A stretch of 20,483 bases of DNA from a candidate division WOR-3 bacterium (lineage in GTDB: Bacteria; Hydrothermota; Tepidihabitantia; Tepidihabitantales; Tepidihabitantaceae). The translations under genes and the position numbers were made by a program. Location: NCBI GenBank assembly GCA_965648935.1, contig CBFGIY010000043.1:1-20483 (forward strand). Direction: 5' to 3'. Positions 1 through 8,313 of this stretch are shown piece by piece. Every line of letters starts with the position of its first letter. The first letter of the stretch is position 1. The notes beneath the pieces are model-generated. The model saw only the letters and a list, made by a program, of their open reading frames with translations. It was not told the DNA's origin and searched no databases.

Positions 1-14
1 GCCATCCTCGGCAT
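1..14 (-). CDS. 5' end of a probable gene running off the left edge (MPRM...)
   Basis: ATG at 14-12 lies 6 nt downstream of a TTGACA-N16-TAGGGT promoter match, the same geometry as lolA and purN. Only 4 full codons are visible. Confidence 0.4.
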
Positions 15-20
15 ACGACC

Positions 21-48
21 ACCCTATGCCTGCCACCGGTGATGTCAA
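21..48 (-). promoter_or_regulatory. sigma70-type promoter, leaderless geometry
   Basis: Minus strand: TTGACA (48-43), 16 nt, TAGGGT (26-21), 6 nt, ATG. Confidence 0.55.
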
Positions 49-124
49 CAGAAACAAGGGTAGCGTCCCCAGGTTTCCGCGAGGGGTCATGTCCCGCGCC
101 GAGGTCGTCTCGGGCGCGTTGCGG

Positions 125-1135
125 TCAGGCGACGAAGCGGTCGAAGTCGGCGAGCCAGTCGGCGTCGGCCCTGCCCGTTGCGACCGCCTTCTCGAGTATC
201 GCGCGGGCGTCGGGCGCTTCGAGCGGGAACCATTTGGTCCAGCGGGTCGGACCGTAGTTCTGGTAGCCTTCGAGCGTGACCGGGCGGCGCCCGAGCATCT
301 CGGCCGCAGTGCCGAACTTCACCTTGGACTTCGCGGCCTTGTCGAGCACGAGCTTGAAGAAGGCCGGGTAGCGGTAGTCGCGCAGGAGGTGGTGGTCGAC
401 GACGAGCGTCTGCAGGCCGGGCGCTGCAAGGATGCGGCAGGTGTTCGTGATGCTTTGGACAAGTTCGTAGTCGGTGGCGAACTGGCCGAGGTGGTAGGTC
501 GGGTAGCCGTCGAGGATGACGGCGCGGGCCCTGGCTGCGCAGATGAGCTTCGCGGTCTCGCGGGTGACCGGGCCGCAGACGTCGGAGGTGACGAGCACCT
601 TCTCGCGGCCGCGGGAGACCTCGGTCATTATCACGAAGCCGGGTTCGGCGCCCTCGGCGCCGTGCGGCACGGCCGCAGAGAAGCTGACCACGGTCTTGCC
701 GAACTTGAACTTGCGGCCGTCGGCCATTATCAGCTCCGATGGCAGACCGTTGATGGCCTGGAAGAAACGCCGGGCCGCTTCGGACTGTCGGGCTGGCAGG
801 TCGTCGGGTTCCTTGGCGAAGAGCACCTTGCGGCCGAACATCTGCGGGTCGCGCCCTTCGAAGAAGTGGTCGAGATGGTAGTGGGAAATCACCAGCGCGT
901 CGGCGTCGCGGCAGGCGGCGCGCACCTTGTCGGCGTATTCCCCGGCGAGCGTCTCGCGCCGGTCCGCGGGCAGGGGATAGGACGCGGTTTGGGCCGAGAC
1001 GCCCGGGTCGATGACGAGTTTGAGTTCGGGCGTGAAAACCTTGACGCAGGCGGCCTTGACACCGAGCGAGTCGAAGGCGACGTATTCGACCGCGAGTTGC
1101 GGTCCCTCGCGGATGACCGGGTCGGTGAGCCTCAT
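125..1135 (-). CDS. MBL-fold metallo-hydrolase, UPF0282-like (336 aa)
   Basis: AFDSLGVKAACVKV..LVIDPGV N-terminal motif, ISHYHLDH metal motif, TSDV and VDHHLLRD. Start moved to ATG 1135, which overlaps the cdsA stop (ATGA). Confidence 0.75.
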   Translation of the reverse strand: MRLTDPVIREGPQLAVEYVAFDSLGVKAACVKVFTPELKLVIDPGVSAQTASYPLPADRRETLAGEYADKVRAACRDADALVISHYHLDHFFEGRDPQMFGRKVLFAKEPDDLPARQSEAARRFFQAINGLPSELIMADGRKFKFGKTVVSFSAAVPHGAEGAEPGFVIMTEVSRGREKVLVTSDVCGPVTRETAKLICAARARAVILDGYPTYHLGQFATDYELVQSITNTCRILAAPGLQTLVVDHHLLRDYRYPAFFKLVLDKAAKSKVKFGTAAEMLGRRPVTLEGYQNYGPTRWTKWFPLEAPDARAILEKAVATGRADADWLADFDRFVA

Positions 1136-1938
1136 CGGCCGGCGAGCAGGCAGAGGTAGTAGAATGCGGGCAGGGCGAAGAGCAGGCTGTCGACCCGGTC
1201 GAGGAATCCGCCGTGCGCGCCGAGGTAGCCTGAGCTGTCCTTGACCCCGACCGCGCGCTTGAAGGTCGATTCGAAGAGGTCGCCGGCCTGGCCGAGCGTG
1301 CCCAGCGCCAGCCCGACCGCGGCCAGCCACCACCACGGCCGGCAGGCAAAGGGCGCGAGCCGCGACAGGGCCAGCGCGCCGGCCGCGGCCGATACCGCGA
1401 GCGCGGCGATGTAGCCCTCGACCGTTTTGTTCGGGCTGATGACCGGGGCGAGCTTGCGCCGGCCGAACAGCGTTCCCGCGGCCCAGGCCGCGGTATCAGC
1501 GAGCCAGGTCAGGCCGAGCGGGAAGAGCACCAGCCACGGCGACCATTGTCTGTCGGCCGCGAGCAGCCGCAGCATCACGAGGTGCGCGGGCAGAGCCCCG
1601 AGGTAGAGCACCACGAAAGAGCCGTACACCGGCACGCGCGGCCGGGTCTCGCCGCCCGCGACCGAGTAGAGCCACACCAGCCCGACCGCCGGCATCAGCG
1701 CGCCCGGCATCAGGCCGAACCATGCCGCGACGACCACCAGCACGTTGACCGCGACGAGAAGCCAGCGGTTGAGCACTATCTCGGCGCGGGAGAGCAGCGC
1801 GATGAACTCGAGGCTGGCGAGCGCGGCCCAGGCCGCAGTCACCGCGGCGATGACCGGCGGCGGGGCGAACAGCGCGGCCACGACCGCGGCGATGAGCCCG
1901 AGCCCGACGAGAAGGCGCAGTGCGGTGTCAGTCCTCAT
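1132..1938 (-). CDS. cdsA: phosphatidate cytidylyltransferase
   Basis: Polytopic membrane protein with ISPNKTVEG and GDLFESTFKRAVGVKDSSGYLGAHGGFLDRVDS signatures; follows uppS. Confidence 0.95.
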   Translation of the reverse strand: MRTDTALRLLVGLGLIAAVVAALFAPPPVIAAVTAAWAALASLEFIALLSRAEIVLNRWLLVAVNVLVVVAAWFGLMPGALMPAVGLVWLYSVAGGETRPRVPVYGSFVVLYLGALPAHLVMLRLLAADRQWSPWLVLFPLGLTWLADTAAWAAGTLFGRRKLAPVISPNKTVEGYIAALAVSAAAGALALSRLAPFACRPWWWLAAVGLALGTLGQAGDLFESTFKRAVGVKDSSGYLGAHGGFLDRVDSLLFALPAFYYLCLLAGR

Positions 1939-2629
1939 CGATGCGGCCGAACCGGCGCCGGCGGTGGCGGAAGTCGTCCAGGGCGGCTTTGAGGCCCTTG
2001 ACCCGGAAGTCGGGCCAGAGCGTGTCGGTGAAGTAGAGCTCGGTGTAGGCGCACTGCCAGAGCAGGAAATTGGATATGCGGCGCTCGCCGCCCGTGCGGA
2101 TGAGCAGGTCCGGGTCGGGCAGGCCCGGTTCGTAGAGCAGGCGGGCGAACCCGGATTCGTCCCGGGGCGCGCGGCCCGAGCTGACCGCGCGGCGGCAGGC
2201 GTCGATTATCTCGGCGCGGCCGCCATAGGAGATCGCGAGCGTCAGGGTCAGGCCGGTGTTCTTCTCGGTCATCTCGACCAGCCGGCTCAGCGCGTCCTGG
2301 AGCCGCGCGGGCAGGTCGGACGGCCGGCCGATCGAGCGCACCCGGACATTGTTGCGCATCAGGCCCGGGCCCTCGCCGTCGATGGTCGCGGCCATCAGCT
2401 TCATCAGAAGGGCGACCTCGGAGCGGGGTCGCAGCCAGTTTTCCGTCGAGAAGCTGTAGGCGGTGAGAAACCGGGTCGGGGTGTCTTTCAGGTACTCGAC
2501 GACGTCGTGCAGCGCCTTTACGCCCTCGCGGTGGCCCACGCCGCGGGGCAGGCCGCGCTTGCGCGCCCAGCGGCCGTTGCCGTCCATTATGACGGCGATG
2601 TGGTTGGGAATCGCGCCTGTCTTCGGCAT
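1928..2629 (-). CDS. uppS: undecaprenyl/polyprenyl diphosphate synthase
   Basis: PNHIAVIMDGNGRWA, YSFSTENWLRP and DPDLLIRTGGERRISNFLLWQ motifs. Confidence 0.96.
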   Translation of the reverse strand: MPKTGAIPNHIAVIMDGNGRWARKRGLPRGVGHREGVKALHDVVEYLKDTPTRFLTAYSFSTENWLRPRSEVALLMKLMAATIDGEGPGLMRNNVRVRSIGRPSDLPARLQDALSRLVEMTEKNTGLTLTLAISYGGRAEIIDACRRAVSSGRAPRDESGFARLLYEPGLPDPDLLIRTGGERRISNFLLWQCAYTELYFTDTLWPDFRVKGLKAALDDFRHRRRRFGRIDED

Positions 2630-2665
2630 CGTGCGGGCGGCCGGGCCGGGCAGGGAGCGCGCCGG

Positions 2666-3223
2666 CTAGCGCTCCATTATCTCGGCTTCCTTGCGGTGCA
2701 GCAGCTCGTCGAGCTTCTTGATGAAGTCGTCGGTCATCTCCTGCACCTTTTTCGCGCCGACCTTGGAGTCGTCCTCGGAAATCTTCTTGTCTTTCTCGAG
2801 CTTCTTGATTGCCTCGTTGGCCTCGCGCCGGATGTTGCGCACCGCGACCCGGGCGTCCTCGGTGAGCTTGCCGCAGAGCTTGGCCAGGTCGCGGCGGCGT
2901 TCCTCGGTCAGCGCCGGAATCGGGATGCGGATGAGGTTGGCCTCGACCTTTGGGGTTAGGCCGAGCTCGGCGCGCTGGATGGCCTTCTCGATTTCGGGCA
3001 GGAGCGACCGGTCCCACGGCTGGACCGTGAGCTGGCGCGGCTCGGGCGCCGAGACGCTGGCGACCTGCTTCAGGGGGGTCGGTGTGTCGTAGTAGTTGAC
3101 CCGGACGCCGTCGAGGATGGCGGGGTTGGCGCGGGCCGTCCGGATGCGGGCGAACTCGGCCTCGAGCACCTCGAGCGACTTGGTCATCTTGGCGCGGACG
3201 TCTGAGTAGATTTTCTCTAGCAT
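2666..3223 (-). CDS. frr: ribosome recycling factor
   Basis: IRTARANPAILD, IPALTEERRRDL and RVAVRNIRR motifs; 185 aa. Confidence 0.97.
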   Translation of the reverse strand: MLEKIYSDVRAKMTKSLEVLEAEFARIRTARANPAILDGVRVNYYDTPTPLKQVASVSAPEPRQLTVQPWDRSLLPEIEKAIQRAELGLTPKVEANLIRIPIPALTEERRRDLAKLCGKLTEDARVAVRNIRREANEAIKKLEKDKKISEDDSKVGAKKVQEMTDDFIKKLDELLHRKEAEIMER

Positions 3224-3900
3224 ACTAGACTCCCAATCCGTTTGCCTCTGAGAATGTCGGTTATCGCGCCCGGCCGGGCGATGTCGAACACGACTATCGG
3301 TATGCGCCGGTCCATCGCGAGCGCGAACGCGGTCAGGTCCATGACGTTGAGCCGGGCGGCGAGCGCTTCTTCGTACTTCACCCGGCGCAGAAGCCTCGCG
3401 TCCGGGTCTTTCTCCGGGTCGGCCGAGTAGACGCCGGCGACGCGGGTGCCCTTCAGTATCGCGTCCATCCCGAGCTCGGCGGCGCGCAGGGCCGCGGCCG
3501 AGTCGGTGGAGAAAAACGGGTTGCCCGTGCCGCCCGAGAGCACCAGCACGGCCCCGCGTTCGAGCTCGGCCCGGGCGCGCCAGATGTCGTAGCCCTCGAC
3601 CGTGCCCGGGATGCCGACCGCGCTGTAGTGGCGGCAGGGCAGGCGCGAGCCGAGCAGCTCGGCCAGGCGCAGCCCGTTGATGACCGTGCCCAGCATCCCG
3701 GCCTTGTCGGCAGCGGCCCGGTCCAGCCCCGAGGCGTCCCGGCCGCGCAGGATGTTGCCGCCGCCCATCACAATGCCGAACCGCACGCCGGTCCGGCGTG
3801 CGGCGGCAATCTGGCTGGCGATTCGGCCGAGGAGCTGCTCGTTCTCGAAGCAGTTGCCCGAGAGCTTGAGCAGTACCCGGTTGTAGCGGCGGCTACTCAC
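3217..3900 (-). CDS. pyrH: UMP kinase
   Basis: RVLLKLSG, GGGNILRG, GTGNPFFSTDSAAALRA and VMDLTAF motifs; lies between tsf and frr; GTG start. Confidence 0.95.
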   Translation of the reverse strand: MSSRRYNRVLLKLSGNCFENEQLLGRIASQIAAARRTGVRFGIVMGGGNILRGRDASGLDRAAADKAGMLGTVINGLRLAELLGSRLPCRHYSAVGIPGTVEGYDIWRARAELERGAVLVLSGGTGNPFFSTDSAAALRAAELGMDAILKGTRVAGVYSADPEKDPDARLLRRVKYEEALAARLNVMDLTAFALAMDRRIPIVVFDIARPGAITDILRGKRIGSLVC

Positions 3901-4486
3901 CCAGCTTGAAGCGGGAGAAGCGCCTGATGACGGTGTTCTCGCCGAACTTGGCGATGGTTTCCTTCAGATAATCGCCGACCGTCTTGTCCGGCGTCTTGAC
4001 AAAGGGCTGTTCGAGCAGGCAGACGTCGGCGTAGAACTTCTCGAGCTTGCCCTGGACAATCTTCTCGATGATGTTGGCCGGCTTGCCGGTCTGGGCGACC
4101 TGTTCTTCGTAGATGCGCTTCTCGCGGTCGATGACGTCCTGGGGAATGCCGGTGCGGTCGATGGCCAGCGGGTCGGACGCGGCGATGTGCATCGCGATGT
4201 CGCGCACGAACCGGCGGAAGTCCTGGTTGCGCGCGACGAAGTCGGTCTCGACGTCGACCTCGACGAGCACGCCCAGGCGCTCGCCCGGATGGATGTAGGC
4301 GTCAATCACGCCGGCTGCGGTCGGCCGCTCGGCCCGCTTCGCGGCCTTGGCCACGCCGCGGGTGCGCAGCAGCTCGATCGCCTTTTCCATATCGCCGTTC
4401 GCGTCCTGCAGGGCGGACTTGCAGTCCATCATCCCGGCGCCGGTGCGGCGGCGCAGTTCGGCGACGTCGGCAGCTGACAGGCTCAC
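3893..4486 (-). CDS. tsf: elongation factor Ts (short, 197-aa form)
   Basis: [24 protein letters not shown] and IAMHIAA motifs; GTGA overlap with the rpsB stop. Confidence 0.97.
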   Translation of the reverse strand: MSLSAADVAELRRRTGAGMMDCKSALQDANGDMEKAIELLRTRGVAKAAKRAERPTAAGVIDAYIHPGERLGVLVEVDVETDFVARNQDFRRFVRDIAMHIAASDPLAIDRTGIPQDVIDREKRIYEEQVAQTGKPANIIEKIVQGKLEKFYADVCLLEQPFVKTPDKTVGDYLKETIAKFGENTVIRRFSRFKLGE

Positions 4487-5196
4487 TGGGCCTCCTCGGA
4501 TTCGGTCTCGAACTGCTTGCGGCCTTCCATCACGGCCTCGGCGATGGTGCTTGCCACGAGCCGGATCGAGCGCAGGGCGTCGTCGTTGCCCGGAATGGGA
4601 TAGTCGATGTCGCTCGGGTCGCCGTTGGTGTCGATGAGCGCGATGACCGGGATGCGCACGCGCTTGGCCTCGGCCACCGCGGTCGCCTCGCGCACCGGGT
4701 CAACCACGAAGAGCGCGCCGGGCAGGCGGTCGAGCGACTTCAGCCCATCGAAGACGTGGGCGAGCTTGCGGTGCTCGCGCTGCAGGAGCAGCGATTCCTT
4801 CTTTGTCGAGCCGGCGAAGTTGTTGTCGGCGACCATCCGCTCGAGCTCGGCCAGCCGCGCGATGCGCGTCGAGACGACCTCGAAATTGGTCAGCAGTCCG
4901 CCGATCCAGCGCTCGGTGACGTAGGGCGCGCCGCAGCGCTGGGCCTCTTCGCTCATGATCGGCCGGGCCTGCTGCTTGGTGCCGACGAACAGGATGTCCT
5001 TGCCCGCTTCGGTCAGGTTGCGGGCGGCGTCGTAGGCCAGGCGGATGCGCTCGAGGCTCTTCTCGAGGTCGATGATGAAAATGCCCTGCCGCTTGCCGAA
5101 GATGAACGGCTTCATCTTCGGGTTCCACCGCCGGGAATGATGCCCGAAGTGGACCCCGGCCTCGAGCAGGTTCTTTATCGTTAGCGTTTGACCCAC
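4483..5196 (-). CDS. rpsB: 30S ribosomal protein S2 (237 aa)
   Basis: [20 protein letters not shown] and [18 protein letters not shown] motifs. Start inferred at GTG 5196 with GAGG 5 nt upstream; the ORF-track extension to 5517 overlaps rpsI. Confidence 0.95.
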   Translation of the reverse strand: MGQTLTIKNLLEAGVHFGHHSRRWNPKMKPFIFGKRQGIFIIDLEKSLERIRLAYDAARNLTEAGKDILFVGTKQQARPIMSEEAQRCGAPYVTERWIGGLLTNFEVVSTRIARLAELERMVADNNFAGSTKKESLLLQREHRKLAHVFDGLKSLDRLPGALFVVDPVREATAVAEAKRVRIPVIALIDTNGDPSDIDYPIPGNDDALRSIRLVASTIAEAVMEGRKQFETESEEAQ

Positions 5197-5570
5197 TGGA
5201 ACCTCTTCCTCCGTTTGGCGAGGCCGTACTTCATCCGCTCTTTCTCGCGCGGGTCGCGTTTGAGCAGGTCGGCGCTCTTGAGTGTCTTGCGCAAGTCGGC
5301 GCTGTGTTCGACCAGTGCGCGGGAAGCGCCCAGCGCGACCGCCGCAGCCTGGGCCGCCAGCCCGCCGCCTGCGACCTGGCAGACCAGGCCGAACTGGCCG
5401 GCCATGCCGGTCGTCTTCAGCGGCGCGAGCGCGGCGCTGACCAGGTCGGGCCGGCCGAAGTACTGCTCGAAGGGCCGGCCGTTGACGGTCGTTTCGGCGC
5501 CGCCCGGGACCAGCCACACCTTGGCGGTGGCGGTCTTGCGGCTGCCCGTGGCAAAAATCCTGTTATCCAT
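5181..5570 (-). CDS. rpsI: 30S ribosomal protein S9
   Basis: [20 protein letters not shown] and [15 protein letters not shown] motifs. Confidence 0.97.
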   Translation of the reverse strand: MDNRIFATGSRKTATAKVWLVPGGAETTVNGRPFEQYFGRPDLVSAALAPLKTTGMAGQFGLVCQVAGGGLAAQAAAVALGASRALVEHSADLRKTLKSADLLKRDPREKERMKYGLAKRRKRFQWVKR

Positions 5571-5576
5571 AAGAGT

Positions 5577-6005
5577 CTACTTCTTTACCGGCACCGGCGA
5601 CTGGGCCTGGTGCTCGTGCTCGGGTCCGGTGTAGATGTGCAGCCGCCTTATCCGGCGGTCCTGGAGCCGGTTCTTGGGCAGCATCCGCTTCACGGCCAGC
5701 TCCAGCGGCCGGGTCGGGAACCGCTCGACGACCTGCTTGTAAGTGAAGGTCTTCAGGCCGCCCGGGTAGAACGAGTGCCGGTGGTAGAGCTTCTCCTCGA
5801 ACTTCTTGCCGGTGACCTTGATGTTTGCGGCGTTGATGACGACGACGTGGTCGCCGGCGTCAATGTGGGGGGTGTAGTTCGGGCGGTGCTTGCCCATCAG
5901 CAGAACGGCAATGCGCGTGGCAAGCCGTCCTAGGACCTGATCCTTGGCGTCGACCAGGTACCAGGCGCCCGGAAAATCGGATTTCTTCGCGACAGTCGTC
6001 TTCAT
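5577..6005 (-). CDS. rplM: 50S ribosomal protein L13
   Basis: WYLVDA..QVLGRLA, GKHRPNYTPHIDAGDHVVVINA and MLPKNRL motifs. Confidence 0.98.
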   Translation of the reverse strand: MKTTVAKKSDFPGAWYLVDAKDQVLGRLATRIAVLLMGKHRPNYTPHIDAGDHVVVINAANIKVTGKKFEEKLYHRHSFYPGGLKTFTYKQVVERFPTRPLELAVKRMLPKNRLQDRRIRRLHIYTGPEHEHQAQSPVPVKK

Positions 6006-6015
6006 CGTAACTTTC

Positions 6016-6105
6016 CTTATAGCAAAAGTATAACTGCTGTCAAGGTTGCACGGGCTGACTCGCAGACCGAGGAGTGAATGATACCCAAACGCGCGAAGGA
6101 ATCAA
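6016..6105 (-). promoter_or_regulatory. two candidate promoters for the rplM operon
   Basis: Distal: TTGATT (6105-6100)-N16-TATCAT (6083-6078). Proximal: TTGACA (6043-6038)-N16-TATAAG (6021-6016), 10 nt before the ATG. Confidence 0.55.
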
Positions 6106-6177
6106 TAGCGGCTTTAGTCGGGCGGGGCGGTGTCGGGCTGGACAGTAACTCTCTGTCTGGCAGTGAGTTAGCTTGAT

Positions 6178-6888
6178 CTACTCGGGCTCGCCGCCCGGCG
6201 AACGCGCCGGCAGGACAAAGAACACCCCGGCGGGCAGCCGGCCGTTGAGTGTCATGCGGCGGCCCAGCGGGTCGTACAGCGCCGCGCCCGGGCCGGCTGG
6301 TACCGCGCCCGGGCGGGGCGCCAGCAGCTTGCGCGGCCGCGCGCGCGGCGCGCCGACCGTGCCCGGCTCGGCCACGGCGGTCAGGGTCGAGTCATCGAGG
6401 GTTACGCTGTCGACATAGGCGGCTGCGCCGAGCACCGCGACAAAGCTGACCGAGAGCAGGGCAGAGGAATCCGGCGCCGTGACCCAGCGCGCGTATTCGC
6501 GGTAGGTGTTGCCCGAGTAGTACGCGGGCAGCAGGGTCGGCGTCCCGACCGCGCCGCCGGTCAGAGTCAGGAACTGCAGCACGAACGAGCCGCCGAGAAC
6601 TCCGGGCACGCGCGCGAACCCGCTGAACCGGTAATGCCGGCCGGGCCGCACCACGGTCGCCGAGGACACGAAAGCGGTCGTGTCCGCGCTGTTCAGTTTC
6701 ACGCACCAGCGGCCGGACAGCGCGTTGGAGTCGCGTGCCGCGCTGCCCGGGTAGAGCAGCTCGGAACTGAGCCAGCCCAGCGGGACCGACCCAAGCCAGG
6801 TCTCAAATGAAGGGTTCAGGATGATATTGGTGCCGAGCGCGGGCGCGGCGAGCAGCGCGGCCGCGAGCAATGCCGTGAGAGGCTTCAT
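6178..6888 (-). CDS. secreted protein with a CBM4/9-like (galactose-binding-like) domain and a T9SS-CTD-like tail (236 aa)
   Basis: Signal peptide MKPLTALLAAALLAAPALG; NIILNPSFE...W and YVDSVTL, typical of CBM4_9-like beta-sandwiches; C-terminal LYDPLGRR...LPAGVFFV. GGAGG 5 nt upstream of ATG 6888. Confidence 0.65.
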   Translation of the reverse strand: MKPLTALLAAALLAAPALGTNIILNPSFETWLGSVPLGWLSSELLYPGSAARDSNALSGRWCVKLNSADTTAFVSSATVVRPGRHYRFSGFARVPGVLGGSFVLQFLTLTGGAVGTPTLLPAYYSGNTYREYARWVTAPDSSALLSVSFVAVLGAAAYVDSVTLDDSTLTAVAEPGTVGAPRARPRKLLAPRPGAVPAGPGAALYDPLGRRMTLNGRLPAGVFFVLPARSPGGEPE

Positions 6889-6917
6889 ACATACCTCCGC
6901 GATTCTGCCATCGCCTG

Positions 6918-6945
6918 ATGGTAGCCGCGCTGCCGCCGTGGTCAA
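6918..6945 (-). promoter_or_regulatory. promoter of the CBM-like gene
   Basis: TTGACC (6945-6940)-N16-TACCAT (6923-6918). Confidence 0.55.
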
Positions 6946-6954
6946 TACCGGCCA

Positions 6955-6982
6955 TTGACAATCCGTGGCACCGGCCGAAAAT
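6955..6982 (+). promoter_or_regulatory. divergent promoter, leaderless geometry
   Basis: TTGACA (6955-6960)-N16-GAAAAT (6977-6982)-6 nt-GTG 6989. The -10 is imperfect. Confidence 0.45.
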
Positions 6983-6988
6983 GGAGGC

Positions 6989-7609
6989 GTGAGGGTTTGG
7001 TTGCTGCTTCTCGCCGCGCTTTCCCTTCTGGCCCGGGCCGACTTCGCCACGCTCAGACTGCCCTATGGCGACCGGTCCGAGCGGCCGAGGTCAACGACAA
7101 TCGCGATCGAGGCCGGGTCTTCGCTGGCCGGCGGCGCGCTGGTCGGGTTTGGCGCGGCCGCGCTTGCCCGCTCCCGGTTCGCGGACGACCTCAACTTCCT
7201 CGAACCCGAGGCGATCGGGCCGATACTCATCATTACTGCATCGGGCATTAGCGGGTATTGCATCGGCGCCGGGGCCGGAGCCTGGACCGGAGGCAGTCTG
7301 CTGGCCGAGCGCGGCCGGCTGGGGGGTGCGCTGCTCGGCTCTCTTGCCGGCACGGCAGCAGGGCTGGTACTGGGGCTGCCGGCCGGACAGCTGTTTGACC
7401 CGCCGGCGTCGGTGTTCGTTTCGCTGGTTCCGATTCTGGCCGCGCCGGTCGCGGGTTCGGTCATTGGCTACAACCTCAGCCGGCCCTGCAACGGCTGCGG
7501 CCGCGCGAACCGGCTGGGCCTGCCCGGGCTGGGCGTCGCGGTCACGCGAGGGCCGGCAGACCGGCCGGTGCCGGCCGTGCGCGCGCGGCTGCTCGAACTG
7601 GCTATCTAG
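6989..7609 (+). CDS. hypothetical Gly/Ala-rich membrane protein with signal peptide (glycine-zipper-like)
   Basis: MRVWLLLLAALSLLARA signal peptide followed by several GxxxG hydrophobic segments. Start inferred at GTG 6989. Confidence 0.6.
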   Translation: MRVWLLLLAALSLLARADFATLRLPYGDRSERPRSTTIAIEAGSSLAGGALVGFGAAALARSRFADDLNFLEPEAIGPILIITASGISGYCIGAGAGAWTGGSLLAERGRLGGALLGSLAGTAAGLVLGLPAGQLFDPPASVFVSLVPILAAPVAGSVIGYNLSRPCNGCGRANRLGLPGLGVAVTRGPADRPVPAVRARLLELAI

Positions 7610-8112
7610 GCCCGCAGCAGGACCCCGGTCACCTCGCCGACAAACATCCGGTGGTAATCCTTCTTGGGGTAGTTCTCATCAATCGCGGGGTCGACAAACC
7701 GCTTCGGGTCGATGTCGGCGGTGTAGAGCTTGCGGCATTCCAGCACCAGCCGGGCCTGCTCGAAGTGGACCGTGCCTTCGCCGGGCACGGGGAGCAGGCC
7801 GGTTGCGCGGGACTTGTCGATTTCGCGGCCTGACCTGGTGCCGCAGAGCATCAGCGCGTCGCGGTAGCGTTCCTCGAAGAAGCTCAGGCTGAACCGTTCG
7901 GCAGATTCGATGAAGCCGTAGGTGTGCCGGGTCGGGCGCACGAAGCAGAACGCGACCGGCTTGTTCCAGAGTATGCCGAGCGCGCCCCAGCTCGCGGTCA
8001 TCGTGTTCCATTTCTCAATCGTGCCGGCGGTCACCAGCATCCAGTCCTTGCCGATGAGCTTGAAGACATTGTCCAGAATCGCTTCGGGCGGAATCCTGTG
8101 CATCTGCGACAT
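7606..8112 (-). CDS. flavin reductase-like FMN-binding (flavoredoxin-like) protein (168 aa)
   Basis: WMLVTAG..WNTMTASWG, FVRPTRHT, CGTRSGR..DK and HRMFVGEV motifs. AAAGGAG precedes ATG 8112. Confidence 0.88.
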   Translation of the reverse strand: MSQMHRIPPEAILDNVFKLIGKDWMLVTAGTIEKWNTMTASWGALGILWNKPVAFCFVRPTRHTYGFIESAERFSLSFFEERYRDALMLCGTRSGREIDKSRATGLLPVPGEGTVHFEQARLVLECRKLYTADIDPKRFVDPAIDENYPKKDYHRMFVGEVTGVLLRA

Positions 8113-8134
8113 CGAGGCTCCTTTCAATGCGCCA

Positions 8135-8164
8135 AGCCTACGCCTGAACGGGCCTGCCTGTCAA
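8135..8164 (-). promoter_or_regulatory. promoter of the flavin reductase gene
   Basis: TTGACA (8164-8159)-N18-TAGGCT (8140-8135). Confidence 0.55.
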
Positions 8165-8217
8165 TCGCGGGACGGGCCGAGTGCCGGGCCGAACAACCGA
8201 TGGGGGAACGGCTCCCT

Positions 8218-8265
8218 CCACAATATGTAGTATGACCGGCAGGGGAGGGCCACTATTAGTAGTGT
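8218..8265. promoter_or_regulatory. tandem NrdR-box-like operators
   Basis: CCACAATATGTAGTAT (8218-8233) and CCACTATTAGTAGTGT (8250-8265) are AT-rich 16-mers resembling the NrdR consensus acaCwAtATaTwGtgt. Their starts are 32 bp apart, typical of paired NrdR boxes. Confidence 0.65.
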
Positions 8266-8278
8266 CCCTAACACGAGC

Positions 8279-8307
8279 TTGACCCCGTGGTCCGGGTGCG
8301 TTATCCT
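8279..8307 (+). promoter_or_regulatory. promoter of the putative small RNA
   Basis: TTGACC (8279-8284)-N17-TATCCT (8302-8307). Predicted +1 near G8314, the first base of the hairpin. Confidence 0.65.
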
Positions 8308-8313
8308 ATGATT

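Noticed and set aside
95..118. GC hairpin after the MBL hydrolase as an intrinsic terminator
   Set aside because: The stem is imperfect and has no adjacent U-tract on the minus strand.
3893..4486. Short EF-Ts as a truncated pseudogene
   Set aside because: The ~200-aa EF-Ts form is an established variant (e.g. Thermus) and its motifs are intact.
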